Made by a program: the position numbers and the translations under genes. Positions 16,998-27,357 of a stretch of 64,000 bases of DNA are shown here, in pieces; position 1 is the first letter of the stretch, and each line of letters starts with the position of its first letter. The stretch is from Patescibacteria group bacterium. Its GTDB lineage: Bacteria; Patescibacteriota; UBA1384; 2-12-FULL-50-11. The DNA lies in contig BOKZ01000001.1 of NCBI GenBank assembly GCA_016861245.1, positions 77,107 through 141,106 of the forward strand, given 5' to 3'. The notes under the pieces were generated by a model. That model searched no databases and was not told the origin of the DNA. It was given only the letters and a program-made list of their open reading frames with translations.

Positions 16998-18097
16998 TAG
17001 AAAATTCTACCTAATATATCGAATCGAACCACATCTTTATAGGTAACAACCACGAAAATAAGAAGTACAAACGCTAACCCAGCCGTTGCGAGCGCGCCAA
17101 GTTGCTTCTCACTAAGTGGCCGACGAGCGACCTTCTCGTAAGCAAGCGCTGCAATATGACCGCCGTCGAGCGGTAAGATAGGCATTAAGTTAATTGTGGC
17201 CAACCCAATCGTCACAAGCGCGACTAGTTGGGCTAGGTAATCGATACCGAGTTTTCTTGTCGCGTCTGTTAATGCGCCGACGCCGATTAACCCTGTTACT
17301 TCCTCCGAAACTTCTTGTTGAACAACAAGGCGTTTCACAAACTGGTAAAAGCCAACGGCCGAGCCGCCAACCATTTTCCCGGCCTCGTAAAACCCAGCTA
17401 GCGGTGAAGCAATTATCGAGGAGCTCACCTCACCCGCCGATTCGATCGTTACACCTAACGCGCCTTGGCCGGCCGGTGGGTTTTCTCGAGGAATAAGCCG
17501 TATCGTCGTATCCGCACCAGTGTAGCCCTGGCGAAGATACGTCAGCTCAACTTCTTTTCCGCGATTGGCGTTAATTATCATTAAAAATTCTTGATCAACA
17601 GCGATAGTTTTACCGTTAATTTGCTTCACGATATCGCCCGCCATCAACCCTGCTTGTTCAGCAGGTGAACCGACGGCGACTGCGCCGATTTTTACTTCCT
17701 GCGTACTCGTTACGAACGGGTTCGATCCAACTCCAGGGTAAAGCGGTGTAAAGCCAGTCGCAAATAGGAGCGTGAAAACGAACCAACCAAAGATAAAGTT
17801 CATCAAAACGCCTGCAATTAGTATCCAAAATCGCTGAGCGATCGTTTTATTTCGGTACGAGCGCGGACCGGACTCGGTCGCGTCTTCGCCAAACATTTTA
17901 ACGTAACCACCGAGCGGAATCAGGTTAATCGCGTACGTCGTCTCGCCGATCTGTTTGGCAAACAGGCGCGGCCGAAAACCAAACGCAAACTCTTCGACGC
18001 GTACTCCAGCTCGTTTAGCTGCCCAAAAGTGCCCAAGCTCGTGAATAAAGATGAGAAACCCGAGGATAGCGATAAAGATAACCGCGGTTAACAACAT
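16997..18097 (-). CDS. rseP: RIP metalloprotease RseP (site-2 protease, M50) with PDZ domain
   Basis: HELGHFWAAK is the HExxH motif. The protein is multi-TM. A central PDZ domain reads GSPAEQAGLMAGDIV. Confidence 0.88.
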   Translation of the reverse strand: MLLTAVIFIAILGFLIFIHELGHFWAAKRAGVRVEEFAFGFRPRLFAKQIGETTYAINLIPLGGYVKMFGEDATESGPRSYRNKTIAQRFWILIAGVLMNFIFGWFVFTLLFATGFTPLYPGVGSNPFVTSTQEVKIGAVAVGSPAEQAGLMAGDIVKQINGKTIAVDQEFLMIINANRGKEVELTYLRQGYTGADTTIRLIPRENPPAGQGALGVTIESAGEVSSSIIASPLAGFYEAGKMVGGSAVGFYQFVKRLVVQQEVSEEVTGLIGVGALTDATRKLGIDYLAQLVALVTIGLATINLMPILPLDGGHIAALAYEKVARRPLSEKQLGALATAGLAFVLLIFVVVTYKDVVRFDILGRIF

Positions 18098-18648
18098 TAA
18101 ACGGTTAAGAGCTCTTTCTCTTTTCGATCAACAAGCTCTTTTACTTTTTGGTTAAATTCGTCGATGAGTTCGTTAAGATCTTTAGTAAAACGATTAAGAT
18201 CGTCTTCTCGGATCTCGCCGTTCGATTTCGCCTTTGTCGCAACCTGATGAGCGTCACCTCGGATTTGTCGTAAGCGGATACGAGCCGCCTCACCTTTCTG
18301 ATGTAAAATCTTCACAAACTCCTGACGTCGCTCCTGTGAGAGCGGCGGCAGACTCAGTCGTAACTGCGTCCCCTCGTTAATAACGGAAAAGCCAAGTTGG
18401 CTGTCCCGTATAGCCGACTCAACTGCCCCCATCACAGCCTTATCCCACGGCTGAACCAATAGCTGCCCCTGTTCGTTACTAGAGATCGCGGCGACCTGGT
18501 TTAACTGCATCGTACTTCCATAGGTAGAAACAGGTAATGTGCCAACTAAATCGGCCGATGCCCGACCAGGACGCAGCGTTAGCAGATCGTCCTCGAGCAG
18601 AGAAAGGGCTTGTTGCATCGCTTGCTTAACCTGTGCAGATGTTTGCAT
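18097..18648 (-). CDS. frr: Ribosome recycling factor
   Basis: Aligns along its full length to RRF (LRPGRASADLV..., LPPLSQERRQEF, IRGDAHQ). Confidence 0.92.
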   Translation of the reverse strand: MQTSAQVKQAMQQALSLLEDDLLTLRPGRASADLVGTLPVSTYGSTMQLNQVAAISSNEQGQLLVQPWDKAVMGAVESAIRDSQLGFSVINEGTQLRLSLPPLSQERRQEFVKILHQKGEAARIRLRQIRGDAHQVATKAKSNGEIREDDLNRFTKDLNELIDEFNQKVKELVDRKEKELLTV

Positions 18649-18709
18649 TTGTTTGAATGTATCAATAATAGGGTAAAAAGCCTAGAGTAAGCGCTTACGG
18701 CGCCGAGAA

Positions 18710-19168
18710 TTACTCGCCGAGCTCGAACCGGGAGATGCGGTTAATTCGCATATTCTCGCCGATCCGTGCGATCGTTTCGTTAAGGTAAGCTTCGATCGTC
18801 TTCGACGGATCCTTAAAGAATTCCTGCTTTAGCAGTTCCTCAACGTTTTCAGGATTCATCGATGCGACTTGGAGCGCGATATCGTGAACAAACGCCTTAA
18901 AATCGTCGTTTCGAGCCACAAAGTCTGTTTCGCAGTTAACCTCAACCATGGCGCCGATCCGGCCGCCGCCGTGAATATAAGTGTCGATTAGGCCCTGCGA
19001 TGTCGCTCTATCGGCTTTTTTAGCAACTGTTGAGAGACCCTTCTCTTTAAGCCAGGCTATCGCCTGCTCTTCGTTACCGTTCGCTTCTTCAAGTGCTTTT
19101 TTGACGTCATGAATTCCTAAGCCAGTCTTGGCTCGCAGATTCTTAATTTGCTCAACAGAAATACTCAT
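18710..19168 (-). CDS. tsf: Elongation factor Ts (short 152-aa form)
   Basis: The N-terminal UBA-like segment is QIKNLRAKTGLGIHDVKKALEEANGNEEQAIAWLKEKG; also VEVNCETDFVARND. Confidence 0.85.
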   Translation of the reverse strand: MSISVEQIKNLRAKTGLGIHDVKKALEEANGNEEQAIAWLKEKGLSTVAKKADRATSQGLIDTYIHGGGRIGAMVEVNCETDFVARNDDFKAFVHDIALQVASMNPENVEELLKQEFFKDPSKTIEAYLNETIARIGENMRINRISRFELGE

Positions 19169-19186
19169 ATCTACTCTCCCCTAGGA

Positions 19187-19984
19187 TTACTTCTTGCTTA
19201 CTTTTGCGGCCTTCTTGGCGGTCGTTTTTTTCGCAACAGTTTCTTTCGCTTTTTTAACAGTCTTTTTTGGCTTCTCTTCTACGACTACTGTTTCTTCAGT
19301 TTTTGTCGTTACTTTTTTAGTTGGCGCCTCGACGATCGATCGCAAAATAAGATCAACTGCTTTCGGTGCGTCGTCGTTAGCAGGGATAGGACAAGTGATA
19401 CGGTCTGGGTTCATATCGGTATCAGTAATAGCGATAATTGGAATATGAAGCTGAGTAGCTTCATCGATTGCGATTTTATCTTCTGTCGCGCTAGCGAGAA
19501 CAATTAAGTCCGGCATGCGTTTTAAGGTTTTTAGCCCTCCGAGAAACCGATGATAACGGTTCAGCTGATTCTGATGTCGGAGTCGCTCTTTCTTGGTTAG
19601 CTTACCGCTTTTATCGTCAGACAAAAACTCTTCCAACTCGTTCATCTTTTTAATGTTAGCCAGAATAGTTTCGAAGTTAGTTAGCGTTCCGCCGAACCAT
19701 CGCTCGGTAATATATGAGGCGCCGATCGACTCTGCTACTTCTTTTAGTGAGTTGCGAACCGACCGTTTCGTCCCCACAAAAAGGATATTTTTATTAGCAG
19801 CTCGGTACTCGGCAAGCATTGATTGAGCGGCGCTAATTGCTTCTTGCGTTTGCTCAAGGTTAATAAGCGCTACGTTGCTTTTAATCATATAGACGAACTC
19901 TTTTGCTTTAGGGAAAGTAAGCGAACGGTGATGACCGAAGTGTGCGCCAGCCTCAGCTAGTTCTATAAGAGTTGGAACCGCCAT
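19187..19984 (-). CDS. rpsB: 30S ribosomal protein S2 with a Lys/Thr/Ala-rich C-terminal extension
   Basis: The N-terminus is LIELAEAGAHFGHHRSLTFPK. The tail is KKVTTKTEETVVVEEKPKKTVKKAKETVAKKTTAKKAAKVSKK. Confidence 0.9.
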   Translation of the reverse strand: MAVPTLIELAEAGAHFGHHRSLTFPKAKEFVYMIKSNVALINLEQTQEAISAAQSMLAEYRAANKNILFVGTKRSVRNSLKEVAESIGASYITERWFGGTLTNFETILANIKKMNELEEFLSDDKSGKLTKKERLRHQNQLNRYHRFLGGLKTLKRMPDLIVLASATEDKIAIDEATQLHIPIIAITDTDMNPDRITCPIPANDDAPKAVDLILRSIVEAPTKKVTTKTEETVVVEEKPKKTVKKAKETVAKKTTAKKAAKVSKK

Positions 19985-20211
19985 TAGCTGTTTGATCCTT
20001 TCTTGGCTTGAGCTTTTTGCAAACGCTCTTTAAAGCGGTCAACACGACCCGCTGTGTCGACTAATTTCGTTTTACCGGTATAGAGCGGGTGGCAATTTGG
20101 GCAGATGTCTAAGCGTAACTCTGGCACAGTCGCGCCAACTTCGAAACTGTTACCACATGAGCAAGTGATCGTAGCGTTCGGATAGTATTGTGGGTGGATA
20201 TCTTTCTTCAT
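19984..20211 (-). CDS. rpmE: 50S ribosomal protein L31
   Basis: [11 protein letters not shown]...CSCGN...[10 protein letters not shown]. Confidence 0.9.
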   Translation of the reverse strand: MKKDIHPQYYPNATITCSCGNSFEVGATVPELRLDICPNCHPLYTGKTKLVDTAGRVDRFKERLQKAQAKKGSNS

Positions 20212-20325
20212 TTGTATTTACCAAGAAATTGTACCAGAACAGGTTTGGCTCGACAAGAGAGCGAGCTGCGACAAAATAGCCTTAAAGTCTCGAAGTTTAC
20301 GGCTATTTCTAGTAAAATTACCCTA

Positions 20326-21207
20326 ATGTCACAAGAGTTAGAGCGCCGCTTGGCCGAAGCCGAGCAGCTGCTTGCAGAGAGTACAGACAAAGAGATTCAA
20401 CAACTCGCTAAGGACGAGATCGTTTCGATAAAGCGCGAACTTGATCGGAGCAACCCGATTAACCAACGGAACGCCGTACTTGAGATTCGTGCCGGCACTG
20501 GCGGCGACGAGGCGGAATTGTTCGCCCGGGAGCTGTTACGGATGTACCAGCGCTACGCAGAAAACAAGGGCTGGAAGGTTGAACTAATCGAGCTTAACCA
20601 GTCGGAACTTGGTGGAGTTAAATCAGCCGTTGCAACAATTAAGGGTGTCGAAGCGTACTCGGAGATTCGCTTTGAGGGCGGTGTTCACAGGGTACAACGC
20701 GTTCCGAAAACCGAGAAATCTGGGCGGATACATACTTCTGCGGTTAGTGTGGCCGTACTACCTGAGGCTAAAGAAGTGGACGTGGAGATTCGACCAGATC
20801 AACTCCGAGTTGATGTTTACCGAGCGGGCGGTCACGGCGGCCAGGGCGTCAATACCACCGACTCGGCTGTTCGCCTAACCCATTTACCAACTGGTATCGT
20901 TGTAACCTGCCAAGACGAACGATCGCAGCTTAAGAATAAAGAGAAGGCGATGAACGTCTTACGGAGCCGACTTTGGGAGTTTGAGCAACAGAAACAATCT
21001 GAGAGTATCGGCTCACAACGCCGAGAGATGATTAAAAGCGGCGACCGATCTGACAAGATCCGTACCTATAACTTTCCTCAAAGCCGGATTACTGATCACC
21101 GCATTAATAAGAGTTGGCATAATCTGGAGTCGATTTTAGGCGGTAACATCGAACCGATTATAACCGCACTGCGTGACGCCAATTTAGGTATAAACAATGA
21201 CGATTGA
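20326..21207 (+). CDS. prfA: Peptide chain release factor 1
   Basis: An internal ATG was chosen ([13 protein letters not shown]). GGQ is present in [25 protein letters not shown]; also [10 protein letters not shown]. Confidence 0.9.
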   Translation: MSQELERRLAEAEQLLAESTDKEIQQLAKDEIVSIKRELDRSNPINQRNAVLEIRAGTGGDEAELFARELLRMYQRYAENKGWKVELIELNQSELGGVKSAVATIKGVEAYSEIRFEGGVHRVQRVPKTEKSGRIHTSAVSVAVLPEAKEVDVEIRPDQLRVDVYRAGGHGGQGVNTTDSAVRLTHLPTGIVVTCQDERSQLKNKEKAMNVLRSRLWEFEQQKQSESIGSQRREMIKSGDRSDKIRTYNFPQSRITDHRINKSWHNLESILGGNIEPIITALRDANLGINNDD

Positions 21208-22042
21208 GCAATTGCTGCGTGAAGCCACCGATAAACTTAAAGATAACGGATACGTTCACGGCGAACGAGAAGCCATGCTAATGCTCCAGCCGTTATTCGA
21301 CCAAGATACGGCTTGGTTTATAACTCACGGCGAAAATGAGGTTGCAGACGAGACTATCGAGCAATTCACTGAACACGTCGAGCAACGGATAAGCGGCAAA
21401 CCGCTTGCCTACATTTTAGGCACCCAACAGTTCATGGGTTGGCAGCTTGCCTGTGACGAACGAGCGCTTATCCCCCGCCCTGAGACTGAGCAGCTTGTCG
21501 AACAAGTCGTCAAACAGGTTCGTGACTTTAAACTAGAATCTGGAAAATTTTTAGAAATCGGAACTGGTACTGGTGCGATATCGTTGTCATTAAAAAAGTA
21601 TTTCCCAGAGGCAGACGTCACTGCCACAGACGTTTCGACTGAAGCGTTAGAGCTAGCCGAAGAGAATCGGGCTCGACTAAAGGTCGACGTTGATTTTATC
21701 GAGAGCGACCTATTTAACTCCGTTCCAAAAGAACAGTACGATCTTATCGTTGCTAACTTACCGTACGTTCCGACACAAAAGCTAGAATTTGTCTCCGAGC
21801 AGATCCTCGACTGGGAACCGATGATAGCTATCGAAGCCGGCGAGGACGGCCTCGGATACATCCGTCCGTTTCTAAACGATCTTCCGAAATACCTTTCCAG
21901 TCACGGTATCGCTGCGATCGAGATGTGGCACACTCACGCTGACGCCGTGATAGCATTAGCCAAAAATCTACCGCACCACGAGGTAATTATCGAAAAAGAC
22001 CTAGCCGGGTTCGATCGGTTCGCGCTCTTTTTGCCGATTTAA
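21197..22042 (+). CDS. prmC: Release-factor glutamine N5-methyltransferase PrmC/HemK
   Basis: It sits downstream of prfA. The SAM motif is [12 protein letters not shown]; also IVANLPYVP (an NPPY variant). Confidence 0.85.
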   Translation: MTIEQLLREATDKLKDNGYVHGEREAMLMLQPLFDQDTAWFITHGENEVADETIEQFTEHVEQRISGKPLAYILGTQQFMGWQLACDERALIPRPETEQLVEQVVKQVRDFKLESGKFLEIGTGTGAISLSLKKYFPEADVTATDVSTEALELAEENRARLKVDVDFIESDLFNSVPKEQYDLIVANLPYVPTQKLEFVSEQILDWEPMIAIEAGEDGLGYIRPFLNDLPKYLSSHGIAAIEMWHTHADAVIALAKNLPHHEVIIEKDLAGFDRFALFLPI

Positions 22043-23202
22043 TCAGAGCTTAACTCACCAAGAGTCAGCTCAACACTGATTGTCTTACCGTCTCGTAAAA
22101 CTGTTAGAGTTACCTTATCGCCCGGATTATACTTGCGAGTAATCCGACCGAGCGTATTCGTCTCGGTAATCTCCTGGTTATCAACTCGAGTAATCACGTC
22201 GTTCTCTTTTAGCCCGGCTTTTTCTGCTGGCGAGCCAGCCGCGATCGCCGGTGCGGTGCTAGACCCGATAATAAGCGCCCCCTTCTCGACAGTGAGTTTC
22301 AATGAAGACGCGACTGCTTTCGTTAGCGCTTGATACCGAACACCGATGTACGGGCGGACAATTTTCCCGTTCTCTCTGTAACTATCGAGCGCCTTTTTAA
22401 GTTCGTTAACCTGAATCGCAAAACCGATATTTTGCGCGTTTCCAGCGATAGCAGTGTTAATACCGATAACTTGTCCTTTTAGATTAACTAGCGGACCGCC
22501 GGAGTTACCGGGGTTGATGGCGGTATCGGTCTGGAATAACCCGTCTAAATTCTCCACTTTCCCGCTGGCGTCGGTCGGCGTTGCTTTTCGCTCGAGCGCT
22601 GAGATTACTCCAACGGTGACGCTGTTTTGGAGTTCGCCAAGCGCGTTACCGACTGCGATTACCCATTGTCCGACTTGGATTTTGTCGGAGTCGCCAAGAT
22701 CGGCCACCGGTAACCCCCTGGCTTCGATTTTAATCAAAGCCAAATCTGTAACAGGGTCTTTAGAAACAACTACGCCTGGGTAGGATTTGCTGTCGGATGT
22801 TGTGATCGTAAAATCTTTTCCGCCGTCGACGACGTGTTTATTGGTAGCAATTAACCCGTCGCTGGTTACGATAAAACCGGTACCTGAGGTCTGCGGCGTT
22901 CGGAACCCAAAAATATCTCTAATCGGTGCGCCTGTCCCAGCGATACTAACAACTGAGCTGTTAATTTTTTTGTTTGCGTCAATAATCGCTGAGGATTCCT
23001 CAACGATAATCTTTTCAGTTTTACTGGTTTGAATATTGAAGGTCTGCAAGTTATCTAGCCCGAGCTTTGTGCGTAGCGTTTCACCAGCCGGAGTTGCCGA
23101 GAGAAAATACAATACACCGAACGTACCAATAACGCTCACAACCAAAAACGAGAGCAAGACGCCGCCGATAAATAGCACTTTGTTTTTTTGAAGTTGTTGC
23201 AT
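22039..23202 (-). CDS. htrA: HtrA/DegP-family serine protease with N-terminal TM and C-terminal PDZ
   Basis: GTGFIVTSDGLIATNKHVV carries the His, DLALIKI the Asp and GNSGGPLVN the Ser. Confidence 0.9.
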   Translation of the reverse strand: MQQLQKNKVLFIGGVLLSFLVVSVIGTFGVLYFLSATPAGETLRTKLGLDNLQTFNIQTSKTEKIIVEESSAIIDANKKINSSVVSIAGTGAPIRDIFGFRTPQTSGTGFIVTSDGLIATNKHVVDGGKDFTITTSDSKSYPGVVVSKDPVTDLALIKIEARGLPVADLGDSDKIQVGQWVIAVGNALGELQNSVTVGVISALERKATPTDASGKVENLDGLFQTDTAINPGNSGGPLVNLKGQVIGINTAIAGNAQNIGFAIQVNELKKALDSYRENGKIVRPYIGVRYQALTKAVASSLKLTVEKGALIIGSSTAPAIAAGSPAEKAGLKENDVITRVDNQEITETNTLGRITRKYNPGDKVTLTVLRDGKTISVELTLGELSSD

Positions 23203-23205
23203 GAA

Positions 23206-23466
23206 CTACTTTTTCTTAGATTTACTCTGCTGTTCGCGTTCGTGGAGCGCTCGCATTATCCCCTGAACAGCTGTTGCAACTGTCCCAACGTTAACAATCG
23301 CCGGAACGATATCGGCAACAAAACTCTTGAACGTACCAGATAAATTATCGAGCTTAGCTACAAGGCGATTGGCGCGATACAAAAGCGCAATTAAAAATAT
23401 AAGGGCAACGATAAAACCGATCAAGACGATAACTGACAAAACGTTCATGAGCTCAATACTATTCAT
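23206..23466 (-). CDS. Small membrane protein (hypothetical)
   Basis: Single TM (LSVIVLIGFIVALIFLIALLY). It overlaps the upstream MscS-like gene by 4 nt. Confidence 0.5.
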   Translation of the reverse strand: MNSIELMNVLSVIVLIGFIVALIFLIALLYRANRLVAKLDNLSGTFKSFVADIVPAIVNVGTVATAVQGIMRALHEREQQSKSKKK

Positions 23467-24002
23467 TTACCTCCTAGCTTAGACTTTCTGTTAATGACAA
23501 TCCAGGCAGTTTTATCAAACGTAGAATTCGGAAATACGTGCAGCTGCCCTTTACTATCTCGGAGCCGGATTTTCCGGGCGTCCATCCGTTCTATAACCCC
23601 CACAACGTCCTGAATTTTAACTTCATCACCAGGGTTAAAGTCTGGATCCTGTGCCAGAAAAATTCCCGACACCAGATCTTGGATAAACGCTGATGAGCCA
23701 ACTGAGATAGCAATACCGGCGATGGCAACGGTACTCGAGAGAGCGAACGCGACTTGCGTTAGACCAATCTGCTGCAAAATAGCAGCTAGCAGAAAAATCC
23801 AGAGCGCAACATCGATAACGTTAATAAGAATGCCTTTCATCGCTGCGTTTGCCCGTGAAACACGTACTAGGCTGTGAACGATACTTTTAAGGAGTCTGAT
23901 TAAAAGGTACCCAACGATAAGCGTCAGCAGTAGCGCGGGAAGCTTATCCCAAGCTTTAACGCCGATCTCAAAAATATGATCGGTGAACGATAACGTTTGC
24001 AT
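23463..24002 (-). CDS. Small MscS-family mechanosensitive channel
   Basis: Has TM helices. The beta-domain reads PGDEVKIQDVVGVIERMDARKIRLRDSKGQLHVFPNSTF. Confidence 0.7.
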   Translation of the reverse strand: MQTLSFTDHIFEIGVKAWDKLPALLLTLIVGYLLIRLLKSIVHSLVRVSRANAAMKGILINVIDVALWIFLLAAILQQIGLTQVAFALSSTVAIAGIAISVGSSAFIQDLVSGIFLAQDPDFNPGDEVKIQDVVGVIERMDARKIRLRDSKGQLHVFPNSTFDKTAWIVINRKSKLGGK

Positions 24003-24031
24003 AATTCTATGCTAACACACCGCCTACTATT

Positions 24032-25387
24032 TTACTTTGCGAGTTCTTCAAGTAACGCTTGGCGGACTTGCTGGATGTTCGCGCGACCCTTAGTTTTAGC
24101 CATCGCTTGACCAACTAAAAAGTTTAGAACTGCTTCTTTGCCCGATTTGTATTCTTGAACTTGACCGGGAAAACTAACGATTACTTCATGCGAAATTAAG
24201 TTAAGATCTATATCACCTACTTCTTTTTCGATAGCACCAAGCTGCTGCCTTAATTCATTTGAATCCCTACTCTCGGCGATAAGCGTTTTAATAACATCAT
24301 TGGCTAACCCGAGTTCTTTCTTCTTGGTCACCAGTAACTCTTGGTACTCGAGCTCGCGATCCCCAAACTCTGGGAACGCCAGAAGAAGTTTGGCAGCGTC
24401 GATTGCTAGCTCGTGATTCTTCGCAGCAAGATCGGTTACTAATTTGTAACCACCTTTATCGAGTACTGCCTGAATCATATCTTTCGAAAGACCGATCGCC
24501 GTCAGCTCACCTCGTTGCTGTTCTGGTAGTAAATGGTTAGATTGCTCTGCGAGCTCGATCGAGACCCGTGGTAAATCTGGCTCTGGAAAGTAGCGATAAT
24601 CGGCGCTGGTTTCTTTAGTGCGCATCGACACCGTTTCGCCTGTTTGATCGTTCCAGGTTCGCGTTTCTTGAACAAGTGATTCGCCTGCGTCGAGCGCTTT
24701 TGTTTGCCGCTCAAACTCGTAATTGATCGCTCGTTCTACCGATCGGAATGAGTTAATATTTTTAACTTCAACTTTGGTACCGAATTCATCTGTTTTTGAT
24801 ACAGAGATATTGGCTTCGCAACGCATATAACCCTTTTCCATATCGGCTGAAGAAATCTTTAACGAGCGCATAATTCGTTGCAGCTCCTGACAGAACTTCT
24901 TAGCGGCTTCGGCGCTGTGAAACTCGGGCTTAGTGACGATTTCTAAAAGCGGTACACCGGCTCGATTGTAGTCAACTAGCGAATGCGTTTTATCGCTCGA
25001 GTGCGTCAGCTTGCCGGCGTCTTCCTCGAGGTGAGCGTGATCAAGATGATACTGCTCTCCATCGATCGTAATAACTCCACCCTGCACCAGCGGTAGCGCC
25101 GACTGCGATATCTGGTAACCCTTCGGTAAATCTGGGTAAAAGTAATTTTTGCGCGCCCAAAATGTTTCTGTTGGAATCTCGGCGTTAATTACTTGACCAA
25201 ATCTCACTACCATCGCGATCGCTTCCTTATTGGCTAGCGGTAGCGCTCCAGGCAAGCCGTAACAAACCGGGCAGACGTTCGTATTTGGCTCGGAGTGGAA
25301 TGGGTCGTTCTTACACGAACAAAACATCTTTGTTTTAGTCTCAAGCTCGACGTGGATCTCCATCCCGACAGTTAGCTTCCAACTCAT
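24032..25387 (-). CDS. gatB: Asp/Glu-tRNA amidotransferase subunit B
   Basis: MSWKLTVGMEIHVELETKTKMFCSC, with full-length GatB similarity. Confidence 0.9.
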   Translation of the reverse strand: MSWKLTVGMEIHVELETKTKMFCSCKNDPFHSEPNTNVCPVCYGLPGALPLANKEAIAMVVRFGQVINAEIPTETFWARKNYFYPDLPKGYQISQSALPLVQGGVITIDGEQYHLDHAHLEEDAGKLTHSSDKTHSLVDYNRAGVPLLEIVTKPEFHSAEAAKKFCQELQRIMRSLKISSADMEKGYMRCEANISVSKTDEFGTKVEVKNINSFRSVERAINYEFERQTKALDAGESLVQETRTWNDQTGETVSMRTKETSADYRYFPEPDLPRVSIELAEQSNHLLPEQQRGELTAIGLSKDMIQAVLDKGGYKLVTDLAAKNHELAIDAAKLLLAFPEFGDRELEYQELLVTKKKELGLANDVIKTLIAESRDSNELRQQLGAIEKEVGDIDLNLISHEVIVSFPGQVQEYKSGKEAVLNFLVGQAMAKTKGRANIQQVRQALLEELAK

Positions 25388-25779
25388 TTCTTACCTCGCA
25401 ATTCACTAGTGGCTGAGCGGAAGTTGCTGAGATATTGGCTTAGTTCCCAATCAGCTACGAAGCTGCCATTCTCGTGTACTAGCTCGTTCCTTTTCTTATG
25501 AGCCTGCCAGAGTTGATTGTAGACGGTTTTCGACATAACGCTCGCAACCGACTTCAAGCGCTCGCCCATTGTGTTACCGGCGATACCCGCTTGTTTAAGA
25601 ATATCGTCTACCAACATATCAGCTTGGATGATAGCTTGCTTTTTCTGGGCTTGGTCGCTACTACCGGCCATTTGATCGATCGACTGCCACTTAGCTTCTA
25701 CGGCGTGCCAATTAACCGAACGAAACGTTGCTTTATTGTTTGTCTGCTTGCTACCAAAAAGAAAATCGATAATTCCCAT
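25384..25779 (-). CDS. Hypothetical 131-aa soluble protein inserted in the gatCAB operon
   Basis: It overlaps gatB by 4 nt and is translationally coupled. I recognise no motif. Confidence 0.55.
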   Translation of the reverse strand: MGIIDFLFGSKQTNNKATFRSVNWHAVEAKWQSIDQMAGSSDQAQKKQAIIQADMLVDDILKQAGIAGNTMGERLKSVASVMSKTVYNQLWQAHKKRNELVHENGSFVADWELSQYLSNFRSATSELRGKK

Positions 25780-26003
25780 TAATTCATACTCTGGCTAATT
25801 CTCTGAAGAATATCCGGAAGTTTTGCTGTAACAATTACGCCTAAATAGAGGATTAATACTGTGGCGACAACAGCAACAACGAGACGTTTTGTAACCCGAT
25901 ACACCGGCTCGGTCTTCTCTTTACGGCGTTGTTCGATCGCTGCTTTCTCGGCTAGCTCCTGCTCAAGGCGCTGTTCTTTACGGATTCGTTCGTTTCTACC
26001 CAT
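25779..26003 (-). CDS. Hypothetical 74-aa protein (basic N-terminus plus single TM) inserted in the gatCAB operon
   Basis: ATG 26003 was chosen (MGRNERIRK...). It overlaps the gatA stop as ATGGGTAG, with GGAGG upstream. The ORF-track start at 26060 would overlap gatA by 65 nt. Confidence 0.5.
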   Translation of the reverse strand: MGRNERIRKEQRLEQELAEKAAIEQRRKEKTEPVYRVTKRLVVAVVATVLILYLGVIVTAKLPDILQRISQSMN

Positions 26004-27357
26004 TATCCTCCTCTGGTTTACGCAGGTGCCAATCGGTATCGGCTTGATATTGTTTAGCAACCGATAGGATAACGTTTTCGTTAAATCGGTCTGCCATTAA
26101 TTGCGCTCCGATAGGCAGCTTACTTGCACTGAAACCAACTGGCAGCGACAGCGCTGGGATGCCGGCGAGGTTGGCGCCAACAGTAAGTAGATCTGATTGA
26201 TACATCGCAATCGGATCCTGGGCGCGTTCACCGATCTTAAAGGGCAACGTCGGTGTGGTAGCACTCACTAAAAGATCGACATTTGCGAAAACTTCCTTAT
26301 GTTCGTTAATAATCTGGTGGCGGACTTTTTCGGCTTGCTCGTAGTAGGCGTCGTAGTGCCCAACGGAGAGCGCGAACGTGCCAAGGAGAATACGTCGCTT
26401 AACTTCTGGGCCAAAGAGATATCGAGTATCTCGGTAAGTATCAGCAAGGTCTTGACTAGTTCTGACGCTCGCTCTAAATCTTATACCATCAAATCGTGCT
26501 AGATTTGCCGAAGCTTCGGCCGGCAAAATAATGTAATACGCTGGAAGCGCCAGCGGTAACGACGGAAGTGAGACATCAGAAATCGTAGCGCCGCGATGTC
26601 TTAGCCACTCGACAAAATCCTGGTTGGTTTGTTTGACCTCTGGGTCAATTTCAAGATCCCAAAGCTCTTTCGGTAGCCCAATTTTTAACGACGCGATATC
26701 GACATCCTTCGTCTCATACTGATAGTCGAGAGTACTTTGATCGTGTTCATCTTTACCCGCGATAACCGAGAATACCCGCTCAACTTGCTCAGCTGTTCGG
26801 GCAAACGGTCCGATTACGTCTAGCGAGGAAGCAAGCGCTACTAATCCGTACCGGGAAACAACGCCGTACGTCGGTTTGAGGCCAGTTACCCCACAAAACG
26901 CCGTCGGCTGACGGATCGAGCCACCGGTATCCGAACCAAGACTGACATCACAGAGATCGGCAGCAACTGCAGCAGCTGAACCTCCGGACGAGCCACCGGG
27001 AACAGTTTCCTGTCCCCAAGGGTTTCTGGTAACACCATACGCTGAATTCTCGGTACTCGAGCCCATCGCAAACTCATCGAGATTAGTTTTACCGATAAGC
27101 GTTGCGTTAGCTTCTCTTAGCTTTTTGATCACGGTCGCGTCGTAGGGGGCGATATAACCTTCCAATATCTTTGAACCGGCCGTTAGCGGCCAGTCCTTTA
27201 CCGAAATGTTGTCTTTAACAGCGATAACGAGATCTTTAAGCGGACCTGTTGTTGACATCTCCACATCCGCACCCTCTGGAGTAAAGAGAAACGCGTTTAG
27301 GTGCGAGCCCTTGCTCTTGATGGTGTCTAAATAATCGTGAGCTTTACACATCGTCAC
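25996..27357 (-). CDS. gatA: Glutamyl-tRNA(Gln)/Asp-tRNA(Asn) amidotransferase subunit A
   Basis: The amidase signature is GGSSGGSAAAVAADLCDVSLGSDTGGSIRQP. Confidence 0.92.
   Translation of the reverse strand: MTMCKAHDYLDTIKSKGSHLNAFLFTPEGADVEMSTTGPLKDLVIAVKDNISVKDWPLTAGSKILEGYIAPYDATVIKKLREANATLIGKTNLDEFAMGSSTENSAYGVTRNPWGQETVPGGSSGGSAAAVAADLCDVSLGSDTGGSIRQPTAFCGVTGLKPTYGVVSRYGLVALASSLDVIGPFARTAEQVERVFSVIAGKDEHDQSTLDYQYETKDVDIASLKIGLPKELWDLEIDPEVKQTNQDFVEWLRHRGATISDVSLPSLPLALPAYYIILPAEASANLARFDGIRFRASVRTSQDLADTYRDTRYLFGPEVKRRILLGTFALSVGHYDAYYEQAEKVRHQIINEHKEVFANVDLLVSATTPTLPFKIGERAQDPIAMYQSDLLTVGANLAGIPALSLPVGFSASKLPIGAQLMADRFNENVILSVAKQYQADTDWHLRKPEEDNG

Noticed and set aside
20188-20325. 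N-terminal extension of prfA (ORF-track start 20188) and the possibility of a prfB-type programmed frameshift
   Set aside because: The extension overlaps rpmE on the opposite strand. The protein is RF1-type, has no RF2 signature and has no in-frame UGA shift site. Plain prfA from ATG 20326.
26003-26060. Longer 93-aa version of the small ORF after gatA
   Set aside because: It would overlap gatA by 65 nt. The ATG at 26003 has GGAGG and a classic stop/start overlap.
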